A stretch of 64,000 nucleotides of DNA from Chloroflexota bacterium (GCA_964291655.2 OZ219802.1:192001-256000), one strand, 5' to 3'. Positions 10,430 through 20,921 are shown, counted from the first letter of the stretch. Notes: generated from the sequence alone by a model not told the origin. Program-made: numbers and translations.

Positions 10430-10906
10430 CTATTCGTCGCCACCGGGCAAGATCTCAGCACCAACGCTGATTGTCCCCTCGGTCAATATCTCAGCGCGCA
10501 GGCCGCCGCGGTGCATTAGGTGGTTAACAATGTGGGAATGTCCGCTGGTTTCAGCGAGGATCGCGCACGGCTCGCAGAGCAGCAACCCCCGCAGGCGCAC
10601 GTCGCCAACAGTGAACTCCCTGTCGATGAGATGATTGAGCGGCACCCCGGAAACCAGCACGTTCCGGCGGGACTTTTCCGGTTCGAGACGGTATCCATAC
10701 TCCCGCTCCAGCGCATCGAGGCTTTCGCTCTCGATCAGTGTTAACTCCCGGTGCGGTCCCGCTCTATCCGAATACGTAGCGTTACCAATGAAGTAGCGGT
10801 CGCCTTCAATTCCCTTACCCGGCACCACACGCACTTCCTGCTGTGAGACCATTGGTTCCCGGCGGGCCGGGGCGGTATAGATGCTGAGGACTTTCCCTTG
10901 GAACAT
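10430..10906 (-). CDS. MOSC domain protein
   Basis: GIEGDRY, RELTLIE, RRNVLV, CEPC, GGLRAEIL..G.I.VG; ATG 10906 with GGAG RBS. Confidence 0.9.
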   Translation of the reverse strand: MFQGKVLSIYTAPARREPMVSQQEVRVVPGKGIEGDRYFIGNATYSDRAGPHRELTLIESESLDALEREYGYRLEPEKSRRNVLVSGVPLNHLIDREFTVGDVRLRGLLLCEPCAILAETSGHSHIVNHLMHRGGLRAEILTEGTISVGAEILPGGDE

Positions 10907-10916
10907 GCTACTCTCC

Positions 10917-11798
10917 TTACTCGAAAACTGAGAAATAGTGTGCGAAGAACCGATCGGCGTCAACCGTTTCCGCCACCTGATGGCAACCGGCGGCGTCATC
11001 TTTCTGCCAGTGCGTGAAGCCTGCGAGTGGCTGGCTCTCGAGCTCCACTCGTACGTTGCCGGAGGCAAAGGAACAGATACGGTCGTCGAAGACTGTCGTG
11101 GCGGCGAGAGGATCATGGAAGGTGATTTCGTCTCGCCGCTGAAAGAACACCTCGGCAAATGCAGCCACCGGCTGGAGTAACGGTAACTGAAAACGAGCGC
11201 GCACGTCTTTGGCGGACATGGTGACCTGCCGTGTAACGTCGAGACCGTGCGAGCGATGGTTGGCGGCTGAACTCTGGTAGACGATCGCCGCTGCGTGAGG
11301 ATCGCACGAGGCGTTCCACTCCACCGGCCCTCGTCCCGCCGCGCGCCCAAAGAACTGTCCGCACATGAGCGCAAGGCCCTTTAGCAATCCGGGGATCTCT
11401 GGGTCTGCGCGGAAGAGCAGTGCGACATTGGTCAGTGGGCCGACGGCAAGCAATGTGACTTCACCCGGGTGCGCTCGCACCGTTTGGCGCAGAAACTCGA
11501 TTGCAGCGCCCTGTAGGAAGTCCTTGTTATGCGGCCAATCGCCCAACACATCCGCCTGCTGTGCCTTGGGCTGCCTCTGTTCTATCAGCAAGGGACTCTC
11601 TGCTCCAGGATAGATGGGAACGTCCTTGCCTGCTGCCCGGCACAGGGCGCTGGCCAACATAGCGCGTCTGGTTGATTCACCGCTTACGGTGGTAATGCCA
11701 AGCAACTCGCATGCGGGCTGGGCAAGCAGATAGGCCAGACACACCGCGTCGTCTATGTCGGTGCCAATGTCGGTATCGAACAGCACTTTTTCTTGCAT
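10917..11798 (-). CDS. Nucleoside hydrolase (IU-NH family)
   Basis: [31 protein letters not shown]. Confidence 0.92.
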   Translation of the reverse strand: MQEKVLFDTDIGTDIDDAVCLAYLLAQPACELLGITTVSGESTRRAMLASALCRAAGKDVPIYPGAESPLLIEQRQPKAQQADVLGDWPHNKDFLQGAAIEFLRQTVRAHPGEVTLLAVGPLTNVALLFRADPEIPGLLKGLALMCGQFFGRAAGRGPVEWNASCDPHAAAIVYQSSAANHRSHGLDVTRQVTMSAKDVRARFQLPLLQPVAAFAEVFFQRRDEITFHDPLAATTVFDDRICSFASGNVRVELESQPLAGFTHWQKDDAAGCHQVAETVDADRFFAHYFSVFE

Positions 11799-12105
11799 TA
11801 ATGGGACCTCTGGGTAGGCTCCGTCGCGCTCAGACCGCCGTGCCTGCTGCATCGCGGCATGTTCGATTATGCCACAGTCGAACTTCAGGGATAGGACAGC
11901 ATTCATGCCGAGGAGCGCTGCTCCTCAAGGCTGCCGGTGTCACAAGTCCCGTGCCGGGCCACACACTGCCCAATCTTGAGCCAGCGGCTACACAACAGAC
12001 GCGTAAGTAGGCTTCACGTGAGTAACTCGATGGCACGGGTAGAGTAGAATGGAAGACCAGAGAGCGCATCATGTTTTGAGACTTGCTTAGGGGAAGAGCA
12101 ACAAG

Positions 12106-13218
12106 ATGAGAGCATACGACGTCGCCGTCATCGGCGCCGGCATTATCGGGCTCATGATTGCGCGCGAATTACGCGCTGCCGGGCTGACAGTGGCGCTCCT
12201 AGAGCGGAGCGAGGTCGGCAAAGAGGCGTCGTGGGCGTCTGCAGGCGTGCTCATGAGCAGACCCTATCCCTACGAGAGCATTGTCGACTTTAGGCTGCGG
12301 GTGGAAGGCAGCGAGATGCTGCTGGCTTTGGGTCCCGTGCTTGCAGATGAGACTGGCATCGATATCGAGGCCGTGCGCCACCCTGCTCTCCATCTTGCCC
12401 TTACTGCGGAAGATGAAGCCAACATGCGGGCGCTACAACCGCAGTTAGAAGGGGCATGCCTTGGCTGTGAGTACATCAGCTCGGAGGAGGTTCAGGCACG
12501 CCAGCCAGAGATTACGCTGCCGGTGGCCCTCGGCATGGTGACGTCGTGCGCGAACATCGAGAACCGCCGCTTGCTGCGTGCCTTGGAAGTCGGCGCGCGC
12601 AAGGCGGGAGTCGACATTCTCACCGGCTGCGACGTCCGGGCACTCCAGGTTGAAGGCGGCAAGGTCACTGGCGTGCGCACGGCAAACCAAGACTTCCATG
12701 CCGGAGCGGTCGTAAATGCGGTGGGCAGTTGGGGCGGCACGCTGCAAGGAGCACCTGAGCACATTCCGGTGCAGCCGGAACGTGGGCAAATGCTCTCCCT
12801 CCACGCGGATACCGTTGCGCTCAGACTCCTCATCAACCTGCCGCAATTCATTATCATCCCGCGCAGGAGCGGACGTATCGTCCTTGGTGCGACTACCGAG
12901 AAGGTGGGCTACGACAGGCGCAACACGGCGGGAGCGATCCAGGGCATGCTTCACGCCGCCATCGAGGCTATCCCGGCGCTAGCGGCAGGGACGATCGAGG
13001 AACTGTGGTCGGGATTCCGTCCCTTCAGTCCCGATGGCTATCCCTTGGTCGGACCTTCCGCGCTCCCTGGCTATTACTACGCCGTCGGCCACCACAAGCT
13101 AGGCATTCAACAAGCGCCCATCACCGCTGAGATTGTCAAGGATCTCGTGACTACCGGCAAGACCAGCCGCCCCATTGACCATTGGATCCCCACCCGCTTT
13201 GGAACATCGGCGAGTTGA
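12106..13218 (+). CDS. Glycine oxidase ThiO-like FAD-dependent oxidoreductase
   Basis: IGAGIIG, EASWASAGVL, P.RGQM, WSGFRPFSPDG.P.VG, GH..LGI..AP.TA. Confidence 0.85.
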   Translation: MRAYDVAVIGAGIIGLMIARELRAAGLTVALLERSEVGKEASWASAGVLMSRPYPYESIVDFRLRVEGSEMLLALGPVLADETGIDIEAVRHPALHLALTAEDEANMRALQPQLEGACLGCEYISSEEVQARQPEITLPVALGMVTSCANIENRRLLRALEVGARKAGVDILTGCDVRALQVEGGKVTGVRTANQDFHAGAVVNAVGSWGGTLQGAPEHIPVQPERGQMLSLHADTVALRLLINLPQFIIIPRRSGRIVLGATTEKVGYDRRNTAGAIQGMLHAAIEAIPALAAGTIEELWSGFRPFSPDGYPLVGPSALPGYYYAVGHHKLGIQQAPITAEIVKDLVTTGKTSRPIDHWIPTRFGTSAS

Positions 13219-13232
13219 TCACAAGCGACAAT

Positions 13233-13631
13233 CTAGACCGTCGGCAGCGGATCAGCAGCAGCGAGCTCCAACCAGAACCTGACCGCCTGTTCTCGTTGTG
13301 CGGCAGTTCTTGCCACGCCCTGCCAGTCGCAGCGGGCAGAGTTGTTGACACCCGTCCCGCGCACGGCTAGGTGCACCGGCGACGCCTCCGCTAGACGCAA
13401 CCCCTTCTCCAGCACCTCTTCGACGGTGGCAACAGCGCTTGTTGGCGTGGGCGTTGGCGTCGGCGTAGCCGCAGGGGTGGAAGTTGGTGTCGGTGTTGCC
13501 GTGGCAGTTTGCCTCTCAGCCGCCGACGTCGTCTCTGCTTGCGCTCCGGCCCAAAAGACCATGCCAAACAGAACTGCCATCACCAGTGCGACGGCCAATC
13601 AACTGCCATACTGGGCAACATTACGAAACAT
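13233..13631 (-). pseudogene. Head 3: N-terminal remnant of the large secreted array protein
   Basis: ATG 13631 MFRNVAQYGS, in-frame TGA at 13601-13599, then signal peptide, TP linker and VEEVLEKGLRLAEASPVHLAVRGTG...CDW.G.ART..QRE.AVRFWL; stops early relative to the paralog at 15599-16180. Confidence 0.75.
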
Positions 13632-15093
13632 TCTGTGCCGCAAGAAGCTTCTTGATCGCACAATGAACGGCGCCATTATAGTCGCTCCCAGCTTTATCCC
13701 ATTCCTGCGAAACATCTACATCCCATTCGGTCGTTACATGCCAACTGTCACAGGATTGTCCGAGCAGCTGCGACGTCATCCATCGCGCTCGATCCTGTGA
13801 CGGGTTGGCTGGCACCAGGTTGCCGTCGGCATCTTGGCGTATCAAGTCTCGTCTGTCCGATCCGTCACGGGCAACCGTGAAGAGCGCGGGGGGCATCATG
13901 TCCCTGGTATAGTTGGTTCTGGGTGCAAAAAGGGTGAATACGGCGATGCGGGTGCCGTTGGGCGACCACGCAGCTATGTACGGTACGCCATCCTTCACAT
14001 TCAGTTCCGTTGACAACGCGGTCACCTCCCCATCCTCTAGGCTGACCACACACGCACCTTCTTCACAGGAGTAGAGTATCTGGGTGCCGTCCGGCGACCA
14101 CGCCACCGTGTGTACTTTGGACCTATAATTACTTTGGAATGCCCTGATGTTGTCGGTGATGGTAGTAATCTCTTTCAAGTCAGAGCCGTCGGCTGCCACC
14201 GTGAAGAGCGCTACCCTAACCTTTGCATACCCAACGTATTTTGCCACCACAAGTCTCTGCCCATTCGGCGACCATGAGGCCACGCTTACCACGTCCTCTG
14301 CTATCAGCGTCAATTCCGTCCCGTCTCTCCTCACCGTGTAGAGTATCTTCCGAAACGGTAAGAACGCCCCTTCGTATACTAGAAATGCCAACTTCTCGCC
14401 ATCCGGTGACCAAGCCGGCGGGAAGAGCGCAACGCCTCTGAGTCTTAGTATCGCGTCATCTTCCTCCCCCTTAAGCTGAACTTGTGATTGATTAAGTATT
14501 GGAAGCGTAGGAACCACGTGCCGCAAGTTCGACCCGTCAGCTGCCATCGTGTAGAGTCGCGCACCCAATTCATTTGAGTGGTTGTTAGGGCCCCTGACGA
14601 AGGCGATCTGGTTGCCGTCCGGCGACCACACCGGGTAATGGTCGAAGTAGCCCGAGATCGTGAGACGCTCTTGCCAGCCACCGTACAGATCGAATACGGC
14701 AATGTCATAATCGTACCCCGATGCTCCAACAAAAAACTCGCAGGCGGCGTTGACGATCCGGTACCCATCCGGCGAAATGTCAGCATGGAAACCGTACGGT
14801 AATACGTGCTTGGGTTCCAAGTCAACAAGCATGCGCGCCGCGGTTCCTTCAGTATTCACCTCCCACATTGTTGGGCCTCTCCCATCGAATATGAGATGGT
14901 TGCCATCTGGCGTCCACGCGAGAAAGTGCTTGTAATACACGCTAGGGTAATCGGACATCCGACGTCTACTACAACTGCTGCGATTCTCTTCCTGCTTTCC
15001 TAAATTTCCCTCAAAGGAATTCAATGTATCCTGCTGCGCGCAAGCGACAAGGCCCAAGGCGAGCACCAAGAGTATCGGCCACAATCGTCGCAC
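13621..15093 (-). CDS. Propeller T6: TolB/PD40 beta-propeller lipoprotein
   Basis: GTG start with AGGAG RBS; lipobox LVAC; multiple WSPDG/WSPNG repeats; C-terminal extension past the family ANP end. Confidence 0.88.
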   Translation of the reverse strand: MRRLWPILLVLALGLVACAQQDTLNSFEGNLGKQEENRSSCSRRRMSDYPSVYYKHFLAWTPDGNHLIFDGRGPTMWEVNTEGTAARMLVDLEPKHVLPYGFHADISPDGYRIVNAACEFFVGASGYDYDIAVFDLYGGWQERLTISGYFDHYPVWSPDGNQIAFVRGPNNHSNELGARLYTMAADGSNLRHVVPTLPILNQSQVQLKGEEDDAILRLRGVALFPPAWSPDGEKLAFLVYEGAFLPFRKILYTVRRDGTELTLIAEDVVSVASWSPNGQRLVVAKYVGYAKVRVALFTVAADGSDLKEITTITDNIRAFQSNYRSKVHTVAWSPDGTQILYSCEEGACVVSLEDGEVTALSTELNVKDGVPYIAAWSPNGTRIAVFTLFAPRTNYTRDMMPPALFTVARDGSDRRDLIRQDADGNLVPANPSQDRARWMTSQLLGQSCDSWHVTTEWDVDVSQEWDKAGSDYNGAVHCAIKKLLAAQNVS

Positions 15094-15110
15094 GGCAACA
15101 CTCCTATTTC

Positions 15111-15622
15111 TCAGTCGACAAGTGTCTGATATTGCGCGTAGATTGCTAAGATGTCCATTGGATGCGGTGAACAGTCGTTCTCATCATGTAGATGGCTATA
15201 ATTCCCCGGAGCAATGTCGAAAGTTCCTGCGTCGTAGTTCATCACAGTCTCACTTAAGTGAGGATGCACAATTCCCAAAACATGTCCGGCCTCGTGAACC
15301 AAGTCTTCAGTAATCCCTTCTTCCGTCGTGCTGCACGTATTGAAGCTTACCGTTGGTATGCTCAATGTGCGTATCTCATACGCGCTGCGCCTAATCAAAA
15401 TGTCTCTTGTATAGAAGCACTTTGTAATGATGAATTCAAGAAACGTCTCCTCGTACTCTCTTTCGTTTGCGCACATTAGACCATCAACTCCACAAGCGCT
15501 AACGGCGACAAATCCGGAGAGTTGTAAAAAGTGGATGTTGACTTCGAGTGCCACGATGTGCGCAGCAGAATCGTCATACCTTACGATCTCGTTGTTCCTC
15601 AGATTTTCTTGGGGAAAATCCC
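15111..15622 (-). pseudogene. C6: zinc metallopeptidase C-terminal domain remnant, joined out of frame to head 2
   Basis: SFNTC...LVHEAGHVLGIVHPH..TVMNY...DCSPHPMDILAIYAQYQ; frame stays open upstream of ORF 15554 (GDFPQENLRNNEIV) to the junction near 15622. Confidence 0.75.
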
Positions 15623-16180
15623 CATACGGTCGAAGGCCAGCGTGAGCGTGCTCGGCCCCGCCCCCAGCAGGTACTCGCTCGCCGTGTAATCCACGTAGCA
15701 GGTCAGGAAGAGATACTCAGTAGAAAGCCCGCCCCGCGCGATGGCGAGGAAGTTCGACTTGGCGGTCTCCTTGTACTCTGGATTCAGAGTGTCCAGCGTC
15801 ACCGTGAACAGAATCTCGAGAAACGACGCCGACGGCAGCGTGTCGGTGGACGACAGCCCCAGCCAGAAGCGGACGGCCGCCTCCCGTTGCGCCAACGTCC
15901 GCGCGATGCCCCGCCAGTCACAGCGGACAGAGTTGGTGACACCCGTGCCGCGCACGGCTAGGTGCACCGGGAAGGCCTCCGCTAAGCGCAGCCCCTTCTC
16001 CAGCACTTCTTCCACGGTGCCTGTTGGCGGTAGCCCATGAGCTTGGGCCCCAGCCCCGCACACCGCGCTCAGCAAGACTGCCAGCAGCAGTGCAACACCG
16101 AGCCGACCAGCGCCGGATACTACGCTCGTAATGGCGTTACGCTGCGCGAACGTGCAAAGGGGCATCAACCAAGAGGCCAT
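15599..16180 (-). pseudogene. Head 2: N-terminal part of the large secreted array protein, internally deleted and frameshifted
   Basis: Signal peptide ending AGAQA; VEEVLEKGLRLAEAFPVHLAVRGTG... domain shared with head 3; ends within a few codons of running into the C6 frame. Confidence 0.75.
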
Positions 16181-16239
16181 AGTAGCTTGTCCTAACTCTC
16201 TCCTAAATCTTGTGGGCCAACGTGCCACGCTCCACCACA

Positions 16240-17649
16240 TCACGGTGTCTCCTGTGGCGAGTTGGCTGGCGCAAGCTTGCCGTCGTCGTCCACTCGTACT
16301 AGCGCGCACAAGTCCGATCCGTCACGGTTCACGGTATAGATTTCAGGCGGTATGTTATCGTCCTGATTGCCTGGAACGTACAGAGCAATGCGGGAACCGT
16401 CCGGCGACCACGCCCCAACGCGCCATGCTTTGTCAAGGCGACTTCCAAGTTCAACACGGCGCACACTGCTGCCGTCTCGCCGGACAATGAAGAAGTGACT
16501 GTCAGAGCCAACCAGCAGTTCCAACCCGTCCGGCGACCACGAGACGTGAGAGACTTTCCAGCTCATCCCTTGCGATTCCAGAACCTGTGTAAGGTCAGTA
16601 CTGTCAATACGCACCGTGTAGACGCCAACGGGCTCGCCCTCCTCATCGGCCATCACAAAGGCCAGAAACTCTCCGTCCGGTGACCACGCCGGTAAGACCG
16701 GTGTCCAGAATGACATGAAAATCATCTGCAGATGAGGTAGGTATGTAGAGACCGGTCCGGCGACCCGCGTCCACTCACTCCCGTCGGCCCGGATTACATA
16801 AAGAAAACTCCCCTGATAGGATGCCAAGAGCGCCAAGTATTTCCCGTCCGGCGACCACAGTGGCGGCACATTCCCAACGGCGACGTGGTAGGTTTTCTCT
16901 TTTAATGTAGGTGTTATTGTTGCTGCGCCCTGCTCCAGATCGGACCCGTCCGCCTCAATGGCAACATAGAATTCGCTTTCCTCTCTTAGTGCAGGTGTCG
17001 TTAACGCTACCCCCTGTCGTACATCGGATCCATCCACCGCCATCGTATAAATCTCACCCCACCCAAACGGTCCACTAGCTGACGAGGAGAAGGCGATGCG
17101 CTTCCCATCAGGAGACCATACTGGATAGTCGTCAAAACTATCATTCCGCGTAAGCCGTTGCTTCCTAGTGCCATCCAGGTTGATGACGGCAATCTCGTAA
17201 CCATAGTGGTTCTCGCGTTTCGGATCTACATGCGGGCCTTCCGGTCGAAACTCGCATGACGTATAGACCACCCTCGTGCCGTCCGGCGAGACATCAAAGT
17301 AAAAGCCGTACGGAAAGTTAGACCGAGGAATTCGATTCTCAATCGGATATCGAGGATCTGCGTCCACGAGCGTGCGCAGTTGGGTTCCTTCACGATCGAC
17401 CACCTGTATTGTCCCTACGTAATCGAATAGCAGATACGTGCCGTCCGGCGTCCAATGAATAACCTGCTCGAACACGTACTGGCTGTACCCTTCAAGCATT
17501 GGACCGCAAGGGCCGTCCGACTCTCTAATAAGCCCAAACTTCCCTTTCGTAACCTCATCAGTAGTCTCACAGCCAACAAGACCTAGTGCCAACGCCAACA
17601 AAGCTATCCCCAGAAACATGAGTTGCACTCGATGCACAAGTGTGTGCAT
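16240..17649 (-). CDS. Propeller T5: TolB/PD40 beta-propeller lipoprotein
   Basis: Lipobox LVGC; WTPDG/WSPDG repeats; ends DDDGKLAPANSPQETP. Confidence 0.9.
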   Translation of the reverse strand: MHTLVHRVQLMFLGIALLALALGLVGCETTDEVTKGKFGLIRESDGPCGPMLEGYSQYVFEQVIHWTPDGTYLLFDYVGTIQVVDREGTQLRTLVDADPRYPIENRIPRSNFPYGFYFDVSPDGTRVVYTSCEFRPEGPHVDPKRENHYGYEIAVINLDGTRKQRLTRNDSFDDYPVWSPDGKRIAFSSSASGPFGWGEIYTMAVDGSDVRQGVALTTPALREESEFYVAIEADGSDLEQGAATITPTLKEKTYHVAVGNVPPLWSPDGKYLALLASYQGSFLYVIRADGSEWTRVAGPVSTYLPHLQMIFMSFWTPVLPAWSPDGEFLAFVMADEEGEPVGVYTVRIDSTDLTQVLESQGMSWKVSHVSWSPDGLELLVGSDSHFFIVRRDGSSVRRVELGSRLDKAWRVGAWSPDGSRIALYVPGNQDDNIPPEIYTVNRDGSDLCALVRVDDDGKLAPANSPQETP

Positions 17650-17664
17650 TGTCAATCCTATAAG

Positions 17665-17946
17665 CTACTGCGTCTGATAGAGCGCGAAGATCGCCATGAT
17701 GTCCAGCGGGTGCGGCGAACACTTGGGCAACCTTCCACCATAGCTCATGATTGCGCTATGTATATCCTCATTCGGATGGTGTACTTCTTGGCCCATGTCA
17801 TCTATGCCATCACGAATTCCAAAGTCATGACCCAATTCATGCACCAGCCAACCATACGGGATGTTATGTGTGTCTCTAGTGTTGATGTACGTGTTTACAA
17901 CCGCATCTCGTTTCAGGGCAGTATGTGGCATCCCAAAGTTAATCAC
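17665..17946 (-). CDS. C5: orphan metallopeptidase C-terminal cassette (93 aa)
   Basis: LVHELGHDFGI...HHP...AIMSY...CSPHPLDIMAIFALYQ; start overlaps the T4 stop (GTGA). Confidence 0.75.
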   Translation of the reverse strand: MINFGMPHTALKRDAVVNTYINTRDTHNIPYGWLVHELGHDFGIRDGIDDMGQEVHHPNEDIHSAIMSYGGRLPKCSPHPLDIMAIFALYQTQ

Positions 17947-19376
17947 TGGCCCTCCTCAGGCGGGTTGGCTGGTGCCAGATGCCCATTGGCGTCCAGAGTT
18001 ATCAGGTCGCGCCGGTCTGTGCCGTCTCGGGCAATTGTGTAAAGCTGAGGCGGTATGTTGCGAGAGGCATCGCCTGGCATGTACAGAGCGACTCTTGTAC
18101 CGTCCGGCGACCACGCCACAACGATCCCTGTACTATAATCGTCGTCAGTAAACGGAGCCTTTTGGTCCACCGTGCGCAGACCACTGCCGTTCAGTTGGAC
18201 GAAGTGAAGCCCTTGCTGGGAAGCGACCAGTATCTCTGCTCCATCCGGAGACCATGAGAGATGGGATGCTTCCCATTCTGGCCCCTGCGGTTTCAGCAAT
18301 TGCTCTAAATCGGAGCCGTCGGGACGGACGGTGTAGACACCGGCAGACTTGCCTTCCTCATTAGCCATCACAAATGCAAGGAACTCGCTGTCCGGCGACC
18401 ACGACGGCAATACCAATGGGATGAAGATTTTCTGGTAGAGTTGCGGTAGACTCGGCACACCGATCGTCTCCCCGATCCGCGTCATCTCTGAACCATCGGC
18501 TCGAACCGAGTACAGAATGTGACGAAACGGTAAGTGCTGGCCTTCACTCACCAGGAACACCAAGCGCTCTCCATCCGGAGACCACACCGGCGGCGAGAAA
18601 GCTAGTGCTCCCAGCCATGCCTCTTTGGAATCCTTGTCCTTTTCCCCACGTGCCGTGTAGAACGCGTTCGTTCGCCAGTAGTAGAATCCTTCTGTATCTG
18701 TGCCTTCCCTAATCAACGTGGAGGCGGCCAAGCGCGTGTCTGATTCATCTGCTGCCATAATGTAGAGTTCCTTAAGATGAACACTGCCTCGACCGCGGGG
18801 ATTCGCAATGAATGCGATTCTACTGCCGTCAGGAGACCACACCGGGTAGTGGTCTAGATGCTCATTTTCCGTGAGCCTCAGTTTCCCCGTGCCGTCCAAA
18901 TTGATTGTGGCAATCTCGTAACGAAATCTCTTACGTTCAAATTCATACTCCGGATCTATGTCTATACTTTCCGTTGAGAACTCGCAGGTGGAGTAGACGA
19001 TGCGTGTGCCGTCCGGTGATACGTCGGCGTGGAAACTGAACCGTGCTGCGTGTCTAGGATTAGCGTCTACGAGCATATGGACCCAACGGCCCTCGCTATC
19101 TGCTGCCCAGATTCCTTGCCCTCTTAAAAGACCATACTGATCCGGGAGGAATGCTACTGGCACATAGTTGAACACTAGCTGGTTGCCGTCCGGTGTCCAC
19201 TCCAGGAAAAGTTCCTGATGCCCAGAGTCAAAAGGATCAAAGGATGGACCGCACTGATAATCGTACTCGGCAACAACTGACTGACCATCTTCACTGCAAC
19301 CGGCAGTTGCTAGAAGAAGCACCACCGCCAATAGCCCTGCCGTCGCCGACCACATCCGTCTCATGCCGACCCACAT
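17943..19376 (-). CDS. Propeller T4: TolB/PD40 beta-propeller lipoprotein
   Basis: GGAGG RBS; lipobox TAGC; WSPDG repeats; ends ANPPEEGQ. Confidence 0.9.
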   Translation of the reverse strand: MWVGMRRMWSATAGLLAVVLLLATAGCSEDGQSVVAEYDYQCGPSFDPFDSGHQELFLEWTPDGNQLVFNYVPVAFLPDQYGLLRGQGIWAADSEGRWVHMLVDANPRHAARFSFHADVSPDGTRIVYSTCEFSTESIDIDPEYEFERKRFRYEIATINLDGTGKLRLTENEHLDHYPVWSPDGSRIAFIANPRGRGSVHLKELYIMAADESDTRLAASTLIREGTDTEGFYYWRTNAFYTARGEKDKDSKEAWLGALAFSPPVWSPDGERLVFLVSEGQHLPFRHILYSVRADGSEMTRIGETIGVPSLPQLYQKIFIPLVLPSWSPDSEFLAFVMANEEGKSAGVYTVRPDGSDLEQLLKPQGPEWEASHLSWSPDGAEILVASQQGLHFVQLNGSGLRTVDQKAPFTDDDYSTGIVVAWSPDGTRVALYMPGDASRNIPPQLYTIARDGTDRRDLITLDANGHLAPANPPEEGQ

Positions 19377-19392
19377 GTTCTACCTCCCGTGT

Positions 19393-19668
19393 CTACCGAG
19401 TCTGATAGAGCGCAAATATCGCCAAGATGTCCGCCGGGTGAGGGGAACAGTCGGGATCATCATGCAAGACTGTCTCGTCTGGCTGGGGTCTACCTTCATA
19501 ACTCATAACGGATCCCGCGATTGTGGGGTGGTGAATAAGCTGCCCGGCTCCATCATTACCAGTTCGAACCCCCAGAGCATGACCCGCTTCATGCACCAAC
19601 GAGCTGTAGGAATAGTTGTAATCATCATTCGTATTGGGGCACGGGTTGAAGGAGCCAAAATTCATCAC
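19393..19668 (-). CDS. C4: orphan metallopeptidase C-terminal cassette (91 aa)
   Basis: SFNPCPNTND...LVHEAGHALGV...HHP...SVMSY...DCSPHPADILAIFALYQ; start overlaps the T3 stop (GTGATG). Confidence 0.78.
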   Translation of the reverse strand: MMNFGSFNPCPNTNDDYNYSYSSLVHEAGHALGVRTGNDGAGQLIHHPTIAGSVMSYEGRPQPDETVLHDDPDCSPHPADILAIFALYQTR

Positions 19669-19748
19669 GACCCCTCCTGTGGCGGGTTGGCGGGCGCTAA
19701 GTTGCCGTCATCGTCCAAGCGAATCAGGTCGCGGCGGTCCGTGCCGTC
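19577..19748. repeat. Cassette-junction direct repeat, copy A
   Basis: Near-identical to 21097-21268 and 22708-22879; 31-bp identical core tcattcgtattggggcacgggttgaaggagc at 19625-19655. Confidence 0.88.
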
Positions 19749-20906
19749 ACGGGCAATTGTGTAAAGCTGAGGTGGCTCACGGTTGGAGAATCTCCTGCTG
19801 ACGAACACTGCAATCCGCGAGCCGTCCGGCGACCAGGCTACTTGGCGCCAAGCCTCCGGGTGCCCCGCAAACTCGAAACTGCGCAAACCTGTGCCGTCCG
19901 CTTGAACAATTAGAGCCTGCTCTCCGGAAACGATGAGTAACTCTGAACCGTCCGGAGACAGCGCGATCTGTGTGACGTTCCATTCTGCTGATTGTGGCGC
20001 CAGCACCTGTTGCATATCCGTACCGTCAGCCCGTACCGTGTAGATCCCGATTGCCTTATCTTTTGCGCCGTCTTCTTCCCATTCGCCTGATTCAGCATCG
20101 ATTTCGCTCGCCCGCGCAAACGTGAGAAACTCCCCGTCCGGCGACCACACCGGCGGGACAACCGCCTCGGCAATGCGCGTCAACTCCGTCCCATCTGTGC
20201 GCACTGTATACAATACGCGGCGATAGCCTACCCTCTTCACGCCTTCGCCGACCAGAAACGCCAAGCGTTCTCCATCCGGTGACCACACCGGCGGCGCTAA
20301 GTGAATTCCGCCCACTTCCTTCGTCTCGTTCGAACTCTCCCGCAGCGTGGATGCCATTACCAACCCCTGCTTGTTCGATTCGACCGCTGACATCGTGTAG
20401 AGCACACTACTGTAACCTTCACTAATGAATGCAATGCGGCTGCCGTCGGGCGACCATGACGGCACACTATTTGTGCCGGAGTCCTTTGTGAGCCGTTGTT
20501 GCCCGGTACCGTCCAAATTGATGACGGCGATCTCATATTCGTGCACGGGCTTCCCCGCCCTCAGCACGGTAAACTCGCACGTGGCATAGACGACCTGAGT
20601 GCTATCCGGCGACACGTCCGCGTAAAAGCCAAATATTGCACCTAGGGGGTCGGGGGTTGCAAGCTCCCACAACTGGGTTCCCTGCGCGTCCACCGCGTAA
20701 ACTGCTGATTGGTTATCGAATACGAGATGGGAGCTGTCCGGCGTCCAGTGGAGGAAATGGTGGGGGTAAAACGCGCTATAGTTGCGAGAATGAACCGAGC
20801 AAAGGCTTTGTCCATCAGAGACTCCATCCGAAGGCAATGACCCGCATCCGGTAAGACCCAAAGTCAGTGCCATTAGACCAAGTAATGTCAAGATACGCCG
20901 TGGCAT
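19665..20906 (-). CDS. Propeller T3: TolB/PD40 beta-propeller lipoprotein
   Basis: Lipobox LTGC; WSPDG repeats; ends DDDGNLAPANPPQEGS. Confidence 0.9.
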   Translation of the reverse strand: MPRRILTLLGLMALTLGLTGCGSLPSDGVSDGQSLCSVHSRNYSAFYPHHFLHWTPDSSHLVFDNQSAVYAVDAQGTQLWELATPDPLGAIFGFYADVSPDSTQVVYATCEFTVLRAGKPVHEYEIAVINLDGTGQQRLTKDSGTNSVPSWSPDGSRIAFISEGYSSVLYTMSAVESNKQGLVMASTLRESSNETKEVGGIHLAPPVWSPDGERLAFLVGEGVKRVGYRRVLYTVRTDGTELTRIAEAVVPPVWSPDGEFLTFARASEIDAESGEWEEDGAKDKAIGIYTVRADGTDMQQVLAPQSAEWNVTQIALSPDGSELLIVSGEQALIVQADGTGLRSFEFAGHPEAWRQVAWSPDGSRIAVFVSRRFSNREPPQLYTIARDGTDRRDLIRLDDDGNLAPANPPQEGS

Positions 20907-20921
20907 AGTCCTTGTTCTCCA

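Noticed and set aside
10907-11374. Long N-terminal extension of the MOSC ORF
   Set aside because: Overlaps the nucleoside hydrolase gene; ATG 10906 has an RBS and matches the domain start
13430-13510. Short tandem-like repeat (ggcgtt/ggtgtc units)
   Set aside because: Encodes the Thr-Pro linker of head 3
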